DNA of 40,877 bases from a virus. The notes under the pieces are model-generated. The model was not told the DNA's origin and searched no databases. It was given only the letters and a program-made list of their open reading frames with translations. Positions 1 to 7,672 of the stretch are shown here, piece by piece. Position numbers and translations under genes: made by a program. Position 1 is the first letter of the stretch; each line of letters starts with the position of its first letter. The stretch lies in the UHGV virus genome UHGV-1515682; one strand, given 5' to 3'.

Positions 1-46
1 TTAACAGCTAACTCATAGCAACTCATTCCTATTCAGATACTAATTT

Positions 47-73
47 AACCCTCTGTTTTTACAGAGGGTTTTT
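47..73 (+). other. Candidate attL core / terminator-like hairpin (aaccctctgt-tttt-acagaggg + T-run)
   Basis: 8-bp stem ccctctgt/acagaggg followed by T-run; 25/27 identical to 40742-40768 at the other end of the phage gene block. Confidence 0.45.
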
Positions 74-135
74 GTTTTTATGTATTCATTTCTATTCACT
101 CTACACCATATTTTTTGGCGGTACAGGTGACGGTA

Positions 136-150
136 TTACCTTAAAGGTAT
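136..150. promoter_or_regulatory. Dyad operator-like site ttaccttaaaggtat upstream of integrase
   Basis: Matches recurring TTACC-N5-GGTAA motif (one mismatch); flanked by inverted copies of tgacggtat (128-136) and ataccgtca (159-167). Confidence 0.45.
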
Positions 151-192
151 ACTCTCATACCGTCATGAAAATGGTTTCTATACGGGTGAATT

Positions 193-1443
193 GTGCTTAC
201 CGATACAAAATTAAAGAACCTCAAGCCACAGGACAAACTGTACAAAGTTTCCGATCGTGACGGGCTGTATGTAGCTGTGCTTACGTCAGGTACGGTCTCG
301 TTTCGCTATGACTACCGTATCAACGGTCGCCGCGAAACACTGGTAATCGGGCAGTATGGGCGTGACGGTATCAGCCTGGCAGAAGCGCGAGAAGAACTGA
401 TTGCTGCAAAGAAGCTGCTTAAAGCAGGCCAGTCGCCGGCTGCGGCTAAACGTGACGGTATCAAAAAGATTCGTGGTGCCGAGACGTTTGCGGTACATAC
501 CGACAGTTATATGAAACACGTCATCCTGGCTGACAGTACCCGCGCAATGAAGCAGGCGGTGATCGACCGTGACATACTTCCGGTTCTTGGCAACAAAATG
601 ATGACTGAAATTACCACATCGATGGTTCGTGATTTGTGTGACCGGATTGTCGAACGCGGTGGTCGGGCAACAGCAGTACAGGCAAGGGAGATCATCAGCA
701 GCGTATACCGTCACGCCAATGACCGTGGTCATGGTTTGTTTAATCCTGCGGCTGACATTAAACCTTCGTCTATCGCCATATTTAAACCAAGAGAGCGAAC
801 ACTGACACCAGAAGAAATTGGCCTGTTCTTCCGCACGCTGGATGCCATTGGTGCTATGGGCACTATGAAAATGGCTTTAAAGCTGGTGCTTATCACTATG
901 GTTCGTAAAGGCGAATTCACCAACGCAACGTGGGATGAAATAGATTTTAAAAAATGGACATGGACAATTCCTTCAGACCGCATGAAGGGAAGCCGGGCGC
1001 ACGTTATTTACCTGCCTAAACAGGCTCAGGATATATTGGTCGGGTTGCAGATGTGCGCTGGTGGAAGTGAATATCTGGTTCCTGGTCGTTACAATTTCCG
1101 GAAGCCATTATCTAATGCCGCGTTGAACTCTCTGATCGACAGAACGGTGAAAATAATAAATGAAGATGGTGAGCATATTCAGGGCTTCACCGTACACGAT
1201 ATGCGCCGTACAGCCAGTACGTTGTTGCATGAGGCTGGTTATCCTTCAGACTGGATTGAAAAGGCTCTGGCACATGAGCAGAAAGGTGTGCGCGCCGTAT
1301 ATAACAAAGCGGAATACGCCAGACAGCGCGCCTACATGTTGCAGCAGTGGGCCGATATGATTGATTCCTGGATTAACGGGGAGCATACGGATCTGATTCC
1401 GTTCTCCCCGTCGAAGTTTGAGAAGTGGATGGCGGGGGAATAA
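193..1443 (+). CDS. int: Phage tyrosine integrase (site-specific recombinase), GTG start
   Basis: 416 aa ORF; C-terminal HDMRRTASTLL...YNKAEY region typical of tyrosine recombinase catalytic domain; N-terminal arm-binding-like domain; position at prophage edge. Confidence 0.9.
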   Translation: MLTDTKLKNLKPQDKLYKVSDRDGLYVAVLTSGTVSFRYDYRINGRRETLVIGQYGRDGISLAEAREELIAAKKLLKAGQSPAAAKRDGIKKIRGAETFAVHTDSYMKHVILADSTRAMKQAVIDRDILPVLGNKMMTEITTSMVRDLCDRIVERGGRATAVQAREIISSVYRHANDRGHGLFNPAADIKPSSIAIFKPRERTLTPEEIGLFFRTLDAIGAMGTMKMALKLVLITMVRKGEFTNATWDEIDFKKWTWTIPSDRMKGSRAHVIYLPKQAQDILVGLQMCAGGSEYLVPGRYNFRKPLSNAALNSLIDRTVKIINEDGEHIQGFTVHDMRRTASTLLHEAGYPSDWIEKALAHEQKGVRAVYNKAEYARQRAYMLQQWADMIDSWINGEHTDLIPFSPSKFEKWMAGE

Positions 1444-1446
1444 CGT

Positions 1447-1641
1447 TTAATAGTTCTGCTGATTTTCTTCCATCTCTGCTTCTGCTGCCAGTGATTCAAT
1501 TTTGTTTTCGAATATTGCTGACAGTGTTGCAAATTCAGCATCAGTGACAGCGGGAATTGGAACAAACCTGATCCCGCTGTGTGCAAGCATGTTTGCAGTT
1601 TCAAGGCATTTTCTTAAATCTGCTGGTGATGCCCTGTTCAT
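1447..1641 (-). CDS. Hypothetical small protein (64 aa) translationally coupled to methyltransferase
   Basis: ATG at 1641-1639 overlaps methyltransferase stop (ATGA); shorter version of ORF 1447..1761. Confidence 0.35.
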   Translation of the reverse strand: MNRASPADLRKCLETANMLAHSGIRFVPIPAVTDAEFATLSAIFENKIESLAAEAEMEENQQNY

Positions 1642-2288
1642 GCAGCACGCTCCCGCCCCTGGTTGTCTGTTGGTGACATCGGAGCATTGCTGAATGCATT
1701 TGTTAATCCGCCAATATCCAACGCGTATCCAGGGTGTAGTTGCACTGCCGGGTCTTCGCACTGATTACCCCAAACATCGAAGCCATGAGACGTCTGGCGG
1801 GCGAACAGTTCAATGCGAGAAACATCGCCTAATAATTGCACAAGTTTTTCACGAACGATATCTGGCTTTCTTGAATGCCCAAGCCGCGGTGCGATAAATG
1901 ACTGAACGATCCCTGCATTAATGCGCGTAGGTAGTTTTCCCTTTACCGCAAACAGGCAATCTTCACTATTGGCGCGAGTCATGTGTCCCATACCCATAAC
2001 CAGTTTATCTGGTTGTCGACTACCACATTTTATCCACGTGAAGCCCTTCATCGTCATCAGACGGAATCCCCAGGCTTCAACAACTTTTAGTGCTTCGAGT
2101 GGTTGTGTTGGCACCCACCACATGGCCAACAGACAGTTTTCATCGGCCAAATCCCACACAGGAAGGCGGCAGATATCCAGCACACTCATAACCGGATATT
2201 TAAAACCGGCACCGCGATTACCATCTGCGGCTTTGTCCCGGTATACCCAGGGTGGATCTGCATAGATTAGTGTGTATTTCTTAGTCAT
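1638..2288 (-). CDS. MT-A70 family N6-adenine DNA methyltransferase (orphan, no cognate nuclease seen)
   Basis: N-terminal LIYADPPW motif (DPPW catalytic motif) and overall MT-A70-like sequence; start taken at ATG 2288 (MTKKYTLIYADPPW). Confidence 0.8.
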   Translation of the reverse strand: MTKKYTLIYADPPWVYRDKAADGNRGAGFKYPVMSVLDICRLPVWDLADENCLLAMWWVPTQPLEALKVVEAWGFRLMTMKGFTWIKCGSRQPDKLVMGMGHMTRANSEDCLFAVKGKLPTRINAGIVQSFIAPRLGHSRKPDIVREKLVQLLGDVSRIELFARQTSHGFDVWGNQCEDPAVQLHPGYALDIGGLTNAFSNAPMSPTDNQGRERAA

Positions 2289-2580
2289 AAACCACCCCAC
2301 AACATCCTATGCCGCTATAGTCGCCACGGCGAAGTCCGTTACCTTTTGTGATACATTGGTCCCTGCGAACCGCGATCCTTGCACGTTCAACATCACCAGA
2401 AGCAACATCCATACACTGAAGCCAAAGGTGAGCGGCAATGCGGAATTGCCCTTTTTTCTCTCTTTCAATCGCGCGTTTTTCGATCTCTATCGCCGCAGGA
2501 GTAACGGCGACAATCTTTGACGGACTGCGCATTGAAACCTTATTCATGTGATATTTTTCAAGTCGGCTTAACTTTCTCAC
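2281..2580 (-). CDS. Hypothetical protein (99 aa), GTG start with GAGGG RBS
   Basis: ORF upstream of and overlapping methyltransferase start; no recognisable motif. Confidence 0.45.
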   Translation of the reverse strand: MRKLSRLEKYHMNKVSMRSPSKIVAVTPAAIEIEKRAIEREKKGQFRIAAHLWLQCMDVASGDVERARIAVRRDQCITKGNGLRRGDYSGIGCCGVVYD

Positions 2581-2689
2581 TTAATCCAACCCTCTCTGAA
2601 AATTAATGCCAGCAGATAAAGCCATGCTGAAACAGAGGCCAGGAATAAGTACCATCCTGACCATTTGCTCCAGTGCCTTAGCAGCGCAC

Positions 2690-2938
2690 TCATGCAGCGT
2701 TGCTCACGGGACGATATACACGTTGCTGAACAGGAGGTTTTTTACCCTGGAACTCTGCCGGGCTTGCTGCCTGACGTTCATCAAGCCAACGCTCAACTTC
2801 GTCACGGTTCCATGCGCAGCGTTTGTCAGTGATATACCAGCGTTTAGGAAATTCCCCTGCGCGCTCCATACGGTCGATAGTGCTCCATGACAGTGGCACC
2901 ACCGCCAGGAGTTCCTTCTTACCTAATGCACCTTTCAT
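2690..2938 (-). CDS. AlpA-like / excisionase-like HTH regulator
   Basis: 82 aa; LLAVVPLSWSTIDRMERAGEFPKRWYITDKRCAWNRDEVERWL resembles AlpA/Xis-type winged HTH; strong RBS; near integrase. Confidence 0.7.
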   Translation of the reverse strand: MKGALGKKELLAVVPLSWSTIDRMERAGEFPKRWYITDKRCAWNRDEVERWLDERQAASPAEFQGKKPPVQQRVYRPVSNAA

Positions 2939-2987
2939 AAATACCTCTCTTGGTTGCAGTGCGGCGCGTGTGGCGCCGCGGTGGTGG

Positions 2988-3869
2988 TTACATAGATGTT
3001 TCGTTTAATTCTTCCCGACGAACGCTGTAAACGTCGGTGGCTTTTGCCAGCAGTTCGTCATCATCTGAAAGTTTTTGTGCAATGTATTTGTAAGCCTTAT
3101 CCAGTTCGGAGACAGTGCTGTAATTCATCGCTGCGCTGGTAAAGGCCATCAGCATTTCTTCTGGATCACGGCTATCCGCTTTACGAGTTTGCTCATCAGG
3201 CTTTTTCACTGGTTTAGCGTTGATCAGACTGTTCATTCCCGCAGCAGTAGTTGTTTGCGGAGTAATGTCTCGCTCAACGCGCGGTGCCGTTTCCTGTAAT
3301 TCGTCAGGGGTGTAAACACCGAGAAGCACATCAGGAGCGTGCAGGCGAGCCCATCGTTTCGTGCAAAGATAGGCAAGCTGCTGGCGCGGATCCTGTTCCC
3401 ACAATGGAGAGTTACGCACTCCGGCTTGCGCCATACTGATGGTAAGCTCACGGGGTTCTGCTTCTCCTTTAAGAACTGCTGACACAGTTACCGTCAGATT
3501 CGGTGATTTATCTGTTTTGCCGTTAACATTCGACCAGTCACCGCTCCAGCGATAATTCAGGCGTGTCGCCAGCAGGCTGGAAGAGGATACGACCGCGTTT
3601 ACCAACTGTGCTTCGTAGCCTAACGTTCCGTTTACCACATGCGTTTTCTGCGCCACGGCGAAAGGGTTCATTCCCCACTGTGCCGCCTGCATGGTCACCG
3701 CCAGACAATCGGCAGGTTTGCCTTCAAGATGTTTCGGTACAGTCGCTTTGCTTTGTGACATCAACTCCGCGAAACGCACCAGTTGATTCATGCCCTCCGG
3801 GCTGAAGATTGCCGCAGCAGTACCTACAGTTGCACCTGGTTGTGATGTGATTGCGATATCATTGCTCAT
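2988..3869 (-). CDS. recT: RecT-like single-strand annealing protein
   Basis: 293 aa; SPLWEQDPRQQLAYLCTKRWARL segment resembles the conserved RecT C-terminal region; sits directly downstream of and coupled (ATGA) to a PD-(D/E)XK exonuclease as in recE-recT pairs. Confidence 0.6.
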   Translation of the reverse strand: MSNDIAITSQPGATVGTAAAIFSPEGMNQLVRFAELMSQSKATVPKHLEGKPADCLAVTMQAAQWGMNPFAVAQKTHVVNGTLGYEAQLVNAVVSSSSLLATRLNYRWSGDWSNVNGKTDKSPNLTVTVSAVLKGEAEPRELTISMAQAGVRNSPLWEQDPRQQLAYLCTKRWARLHAPDVLLGVYTPDELQETAPRVERDITPQTTTAAGMNSLINAKPVKKPDEQTRKADSRDPEEMLMAFTSAAMNYSTVSELDKAYKYIAQKLSDDDELLAKATDVYSVRREELNETSM

Positions 3870-4687
3870 ACGTACATATCCTGTTTACGTGCCCAGTCAG
3901 GGCGTTTAATAATTTCCACTCCGCCCCACTCATCGTTGATGCGGCATTCGTGATAGGTATTCAGATCCCGGCGGAACAGAGCGTGCCCGGCATCGACATC
4001 CTGCGCATCCAGCTCGAACACGCGTACCGGATACCGACCACAATCAATGCTTTCGCTCACGGCAAGAAAGAAAAAACCATGCGGCTGACCAGTAACCCTC
4101 ATTGCTCCTTCGCGGTACATTGCGTCCTGCACGTGGTAGCGGAATTCCTCGATGTGGCGTGCAAAACGGTCCATATCTGCAACCTTTTTCACGTCGACGA
4201 TCACGTTGTGCTCGTTCAGCCATTTATCTGGACGAATTCGGCACAACTCACCCGTCTCTTCATCGTTCCAGTACATTGATGCTTCGCAGTAACCAGGTGC
4301 TTCCAGCATCCAGCGTGCCGCCGGGTGAGCCATTGCGCTATCACGCATCAGCTCCAGTTTCCGCCACTGCTCGGCATCAAGTACCGTAATCCCCATATCC
4401 GCTACATCACGAAGAAATGCTTCTTCGTCAGCTTTACCTTGTTTCGTCCGACGATCGAATTTCGGTGAAACAATGAAGCGTTTGTCGAACTCTCCAGGCT
4501 CCAGAAGCAGACAGTGCAATGCGGTTCCCATATCCAGTGCAGACTTTTTCTCTTCGTCTTCTGGTGCTGCCTGAACCCATTTAAGAAGCGCCGGATTCTT
4601 GGCAACCATGTCCAGTTGCGACTTACTCACGCCGTCACCGGCGTGGTAGTCTTCGTTGCTGATGTCGAAATAAATTCCCGGTTTCAT
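3866..4687 (-). CDS. PD-(D/E)XK exonuclease (RecE-like/YqaJ-like recombination exonuclease)
   Basis: 273 aa; acidic/Lys motifs (IVDVKK) consistent with PD-(D/E)XK fold; operon partner of annealase. Confidence 0.6.
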   Translation of the reverse strand: MKPGIYFDISNEDYHAGDGVSKSQLDMVAKNPALLKWVQAAPEDEEKKSALDMGTALHCLLLEPGEFDKRFIVSPKFDRRTKQGKADEEAFLRDVADMGITVLDAEQWRKLELMRDSAMAHPAARWMLEAPGYCEASMYWNDEETGELCRIRPDKWLNEHNVIVDVKKVADMDRFARHIEEFRYHVQDAMYREGAMRVTGQPHGFFFLAVSESIDCGRYPVRVFELDAQDVDAGHALFRRDLNTYHECRINDEWGGVEIIKRPDWARKQDMYV

Positions 4688-4983
4688 GCCGCGTCCCTCT
4701 GTCCATCAAGCTGATCCGCCAGATCCCAGCGGGCGATAATTGCCATTGCCTCGCGCCGGTAGGCATCCATAAGTTCTTCGAACTCAGGGCTGTCTTTAGC
4801 TGCCTCCAGCACTTCCTGGCGAACTCCTTTGCCTGTTACAGCGTCAAAAGTTGAGGCCAGTTGATGAAGCCGGATGCTCTCGATCAGTTCAACTTGTCGG
4901 TCATATAACTGTTCTGACAGGCGGTAGTCCTTGTCGAATGCCAGCATGATTTTTTGAAGATTTTTCTGCTGATTAACGTTCAT
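4684..4983 (-). CDS. Hypothetical protein (99 aa)
   Basis: ATG at 4983 (MNVNQQKN) with GAGGTG RBS; ATGA coupling to exonuclease gene. Confidence 0.5.
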   Translation of the reverse strand: MNVNQQKNLQKIMLAFDKDYRLSEQLYDRQVELIESIRLHQLASTFDAVTGKGVRQEVLEAAKDSPEFEELMDAYRREAMAIIARWDLADQLDGQRDAA

Positions 4984-4990
4984 ACCCACC

Positions 4991-6025
4991 TCAATATTTG
5001 ATATACGCGTCCTGCACTTTGCCGCCAGCGATAGCAAACATTGCTTTCTGCGCGAATTCTTCGGGAATGCCTTGGGCTATCAGATCTGCGATTACTCTGC
5101 GGTTAACGGTACGGCGATGCTCTTTATCTGCAGCTCGGCGCGCTTCTTCGTCGGCGATACGCTTCTGTTCGTCAAGGCGGGCTTTTTCTGCCGCCTCTTG
5201 GCGTCGGCGTTCCTCGGCAACGGCTTCTTCTTTTTCGCGTCGTGCACGCTGCTCTGCTTCAATTCGCTGACGTTCTGCTACTTCAGCACGTGCTTTTTCT
5301 TCCGCCGCCAGGCGTGCCGCAGCCTCAATTTCAGCTTTCGCTTTTTGTTCAGCTTCGAGCCTGGCCTGTTCAGCAGCTTCCCGGCGGATATTCTCTTCTC
5401 GCTCAATGCGCGCTTTTTCCTCCGCTTCTTTGCGAAGTCGCTCCAGCTCAGCGGCTTCATGCTCGTGTTTTTGAGCTACTGCGAGTGATTCTTCCAGTTT
5501 CTGGATGGTTGAATCCTTGGCTACTCCAGCTTCTGCTGCGTACTCCTGCCAACTTTCATCAAGTGCTACTGATTTAGCCTCTTGAATTCGTTCCTGAATA
5601 TCAGATGATGGCAAGTAGTTTCCGGAGAGATCGATCACGTCAGCTAGTGCTCGCAAATTTGTCAGGCGTTGTTGCAGTGCTTCAGTGCGTAATTTCTCAG
5701 CATTTTCCCACTCGGTGAGTGGGCGGCGTACTTCATCACGAAGCCGATCGCATTCGGTTACGAAGCGTCGTAACTCTGCTTCAACTACTTTCGGCTGTTC
5801 TTTCAGGCGTTTCAGATAATCACGTCCTGGTTTTTCTACCGCTGTTTTACTTCTTGAAACCTTCGCAGCCAGAGATGCAATGCGCTTTCTGCCTTTGTCT
5901 GTGCTAATGTCAGGCACTTCATTAACACCTTCACGGATCTGCTCGAGAAACTTTTCCAGCCCTTTTTCAACGTAAATTCTTGGTGCCATGTCTGGTGTGA
6001 TTTCGATGATTGATAATTCACTCAT
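4991..6025 (-). CDS. Hypothetical protein with long Glu/Ala/Arg/Lys-rich coiled-coil segment
   Basis: 344 aa; ~120 aa of EAxRxxAEEKAR-type repeats between N- and C-terminal globular regions; DNA 5040-5500 correspondingly repetitive. Confidence 0.6.
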   Translation of the reverse strand: MSELSIIEITPDMAPRIYVEKGLEKFLEQIREGVNEVPDISTDKGRKRIASLAAKVSRSKTAVEKPGRDYLKRLKEQPKVVEAELRRFVTECDRLRDEVRRPLTEWENAEKLRTEALQQRLTNLRALADVIDLSGNYLPSSDIQERIQEAKSVALDESWQEYAAEAGVAKDSTIQKLEESLAVAQKHEHEAAELERLRKEAEEKARIEREENIRREAAEQARLEAEQKAKAEIEAAARLAAEEKARAEVAERQRIEAEQRARREKEEAVAEERRRQEAAEKARLDEQKRIADEEARRAADKEHRRTVNRRVIADLIAQGIPEEFAQKAMFAIAGGKVQDAYIKY

Positions 6026-6183
6026 TTGCTAACTTCCTCCCATATCTCGTTATCGTTGGCCACATCGCGAGCTTCTTTGCTGACGAAAGCCCACTTAATG
6101 CCTTCCTGTAAGGTGCTGAACTTCCAGCTCATGAATCCGCATGCAGTAACGCAGTACCAACCGTTGATGATTTTCCACTGCAT
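6021..6183 (-). CDS. Small hypothetical protein (53 aa), first gene of leftward early operon
   Basis: ATG 6183 preceded by GAGGT; stop overlaps next start (ATGA at 6022-6025); below 60-aa cutoff of ORF track. Confidence 0.4.
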
Positions 6184-6202
6184 AACTTGTTACCTCGGTC
6201 TG

Positions 6203-6217
6203 TTACCGTTGAGGTAA
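6203..6217. promoter_or_regulatory. Dyad operator-like site ttaccgttgaggtaa (OL-proximal)
   Basis: Perfect TTACC-N5-GGTAA; overlaps -10/+1 of predicted leftward promoter. Confidence 0.55.
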
Positions 6218-6245
6218 TAATTATGCTTATTTGGTTTGGTGTCAA
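6217..6245 (-). promoter_or_regulatory. Putative leftward early promoter (PL-like): TTGACA-17-AATTAT
   Basis: Minus-strand TTGACA (6245-6240) and AATTAT (6222-6217) with 17-nt spacer, flanked by two dyad sites 62 bp apart. Confidence 0.45.
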
Positions 6246-6264
6246 TAGATATGAGTTAAAAAAA

Positions 6265-6279
6265 TTACCCGTAAGGTAA
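6265..6279. promoter_or_regulatory. Dyad operator-like site ttacccgtaaggtaa (OL-distal)
   Basis: Perfect TTACC-N5-GGTAA upstream of putative PL -35. Confidence 0.55.
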
Positions 6280-6292
6280 TCTATCTGGCAAT

Positions 6293-6316
6293 AAAAAAGC
6301 CGCCATGAGGCGGCTT
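6293..6316 (-). terminator. Rho-independent terminator after repressor gene
   Basis: Minus-strand hairpin GCCGCC-TCAT-GGCGGC followed by T6 (A-run 6293-6298 on + strand). Confidence 0.6.
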
Positions 6317-6336
6317 ACTTGCTGAAAACTATAGTT

Positions 6337-6921
6337 TTATTGTTTGCTTTTTTCGTTCTGGTTGATGACAAATTCAATGTAACTTTCGATCTTTGCTTTC
6401 TCTGTTTCAGGTAACAATGCGTAGCGCGAGCGGTCATAGTTGATAGTTGCAGGGTCGTGCGGGTGAATCAGTAGTTCATATCCGTGACGCCCGAATGCAG
6501 ATGCAACATTCTCCAGGGTGGAAATGGAAACGCTGACCTCATTGTTTAACAGGCGGCTGATTGTCACCTGGGCTACGCCGGATGCGCGGTGAAGTTTTCC
6601 CTGTGTTGAAAGGTCGCGGCTTTCGCTCATCCAGCGTTCCAGGTTGTGAGCCGCCAGCTGGCCAATGTCGCTTGGGCCGACAGGCTGAAAACCTTCCTGA
6701 GAAAGCGAGCGATCGATATCAAGCCAGTTACGGGGTTTATTGGCGGCAGCTTCAATTTTTCGTGCAACCTGGTCGCCGATAACCTTCTTGCCAAGAGCCC
6801 AGCGGTTTACCAGATTTGCCTGAGTTCCAAGTTTTTCTGCCATCCGCGTCTGAACACCATTGAATTCACGGTCGATCAAGTCGTTGAGATTTTGCCTGCG
6901 GACGTCCTGGATACTTTTCAT
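6337..6921 (-). CDS. CI-like repressor with two HTH (XRE-type) regions and no recognisable S24 peptidase domain
   Basis: 194 aa; two XRE-like HTH stretches (…TRMAEKLGTQANLVNRWALGKK… and …ASGVAQVTISRLLNNEVSVSISTLENVA…); divergent from cro-like gene across an operator-rich intergenic region; no S24-like Ser/Lys motifs. Confidence 0.65.
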   Translation of the reverse strand: MKSIQDVRRQNLNDLIDREFNGVQTRMAEKLGTQANLVNRWALGKKVIGDQVARKIEAAANKPRNWLDIDRSLSQEGFQPVGPSDIGQLAAHNLERWMSESRDLSTQGKLHRASGVAQVTISRLLNNEVSVSISTLENVASAFGRHGYELLIHPHDPATINYDRSRYALLPETEKAKIESYIEFVINQNEKSKQ

Positions 6922-6976
6922 TTTCTGGAAAATCGCCTCATATATGAATCAGTAGATGATTCAATTTAAAGCAATA

Positions 6977-6991
6977 TTACCCAACAGGTAA
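6977..6991. promoter_or_regulatory. Dyad operator-like site ttacccaacaggtaa (OR region)
   Basis: Perfect TTACC-N5-GGTAA in repressor/cro intergenic region. Confidence 0.55.
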
Positions 6992-6993
6992 AT

Positions 6994-7008
6994 GCACCTC
7001 ATGGGTAA
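6994..7008. promoter_or_regulatory. Degenerate dyad site gcacctcatgggtaa (OR region)
   Basis: Half-site GGTAA with weak left half, 17 bp from site at 6977. Confidence 0.25.
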
Positions 7009-7021
7009 CTATCCTTGATTT

Positions 7022-7050
7022 TTGTTACCTTATGGGTGAATATTTATTAT
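7022..7050 (+). promoter_or_regulatory. Putative rightward early promoter (PR-like): TTGTTA-17-TATTAT
   Basis: -35 7022-7027, -10 7045-7050; dyad site 7025-7039 lies between the hexamers. Confidence 0.4.
7025..7039. promoter_or_regulatory. Dyad operator-like site ttaccttatgggtga (OR region)
   Basis: TTACC-N5-GGTGA (one mismatch), overlapping predicted PR spacer. Confidence 0.5.
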
Positions 7051-7075
7051 CTGAAATAAATATCAGGCAATAGCT

Positions 7076-7306
7076 ATGAGCGATAACGGACATTTCGATT
7101 TCAAAAAGCACTGGCTTGCACTTACTCCGGATGAGCGTGAAGCCTTCGCACAGGAAGCCGGAACGACGAGTCACTATATCCAGACTCACTTAACAGGTAA
7201 GCGCAAAATGCCAGGTAAAGTATTGATGAATGGGCTTTTTAAAGCCTGTAAAACAAGACAATGGCTGCGCTCAAAAGCAGAACTGGCATACTTCTTCTAC
7301 TCATGA
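7076..7306 (+). CDS. Cro-like small HTH regulator (YdaS/Cro-type)
   Basis: 76 aa; first rightward gene opposite repressor; HTH-like segment AFAQEAGTTSHYIQTHLTGKRKMPG. Confidence 0.55.
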   Translation: MSDNGHFDFKKHWLALTPDEREAFAQEAGTTSHYIQTHLTGKRKMPGKVLMNGLFKACKTRQWLRSKAELAYFFYS

Positions 7307-7327
7307 TATCCAGCTACAACCCTCTGT

Positions 7328-7351
7328 AGACCGCCACCCGGCGGTCTTTTC
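7328..7351 (+). terminator. Rho-independent terminator after cro-like gene
   Basis: agaccgcc-accc-ggcggtct hairpin followed by tttt. Confidence 0.65.
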
Positions 7352-7361
7352 ATATCTATTC

Positions 7362-7376
7362 GTACCTCAAAGGTAA
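7362..7376. promoter_or_regulatory. Dyad operator-like site gtacctcaaaggtaa
   Basis: GTACC-N5-GGTAA (one mismatch) just after cro terminator, upstream of replication genes. Confidence 0.45.
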
Positions 7377-7456
7377 TAAATAACCAAATCTGGTTGATAT
7401 TTTTTTTGTGTCAGCACAAAATAACCGTAATCCCAATACTAATAGCAGGGCTTACC

Positions 7457-7657
7457 ATGGAAATCATTACACGTATTGATGCCGCAAAGCGCGGACTTAA
7501 ACGCTACTACACCGGAAAAACATGTAAGCACGGACATGACAGTGAACGCTGGGTTTACAACGGACACTGTGTTGAGTGCACCATGGAATCAAACCGTCGT
7601 ATCAGGGCAGAGATTAAGCAGATCATGATTAATTCCTCCCCACAACATTCAAGCTGA
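7457..7657 (+). CDS. Hypothetical small zinc-binding protein (66 aa)
   Basis: C-x-H...C-x2-C ligand pattern (CKHGHDSERWVYNGHCVEC); start at internal ATG 7457. Confidence 0.45.
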   Translation: MEIITRIDAAKRGLKRYYTGKTCKHGHDSERWVYNGHCVECTMESNRRIRAEIKQIMINSSPQHSS

Positions 7658-7672
7658 TAGCGGAGATTAATC

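Noticed and set aside
72-260. ORF 72-260 (+) spanning the left hairpin and integrase start
   Set aside because: Covers the att/terminator hairpin and operator-like site and runs into the integrase; no RBS; implausible as coding.
1447-1761. Long (104 aa) version of the minus-strand ORF overlapping the methyltransferase 3' end
   Set aside because: The upstream 40 codons are in another frame of the methyltransferase; the internal ATG at 1641 gives a coupled 64-aa gene instead.
5072-5577. Plus-strand ORFs 5072-5488 and 5242-5577 in the repetitive region
   Set aside because: They are antisense to the coiled-coil gene and arise from its GC-rich repeat DNA; Phe/Leu-rich nonsense translations.
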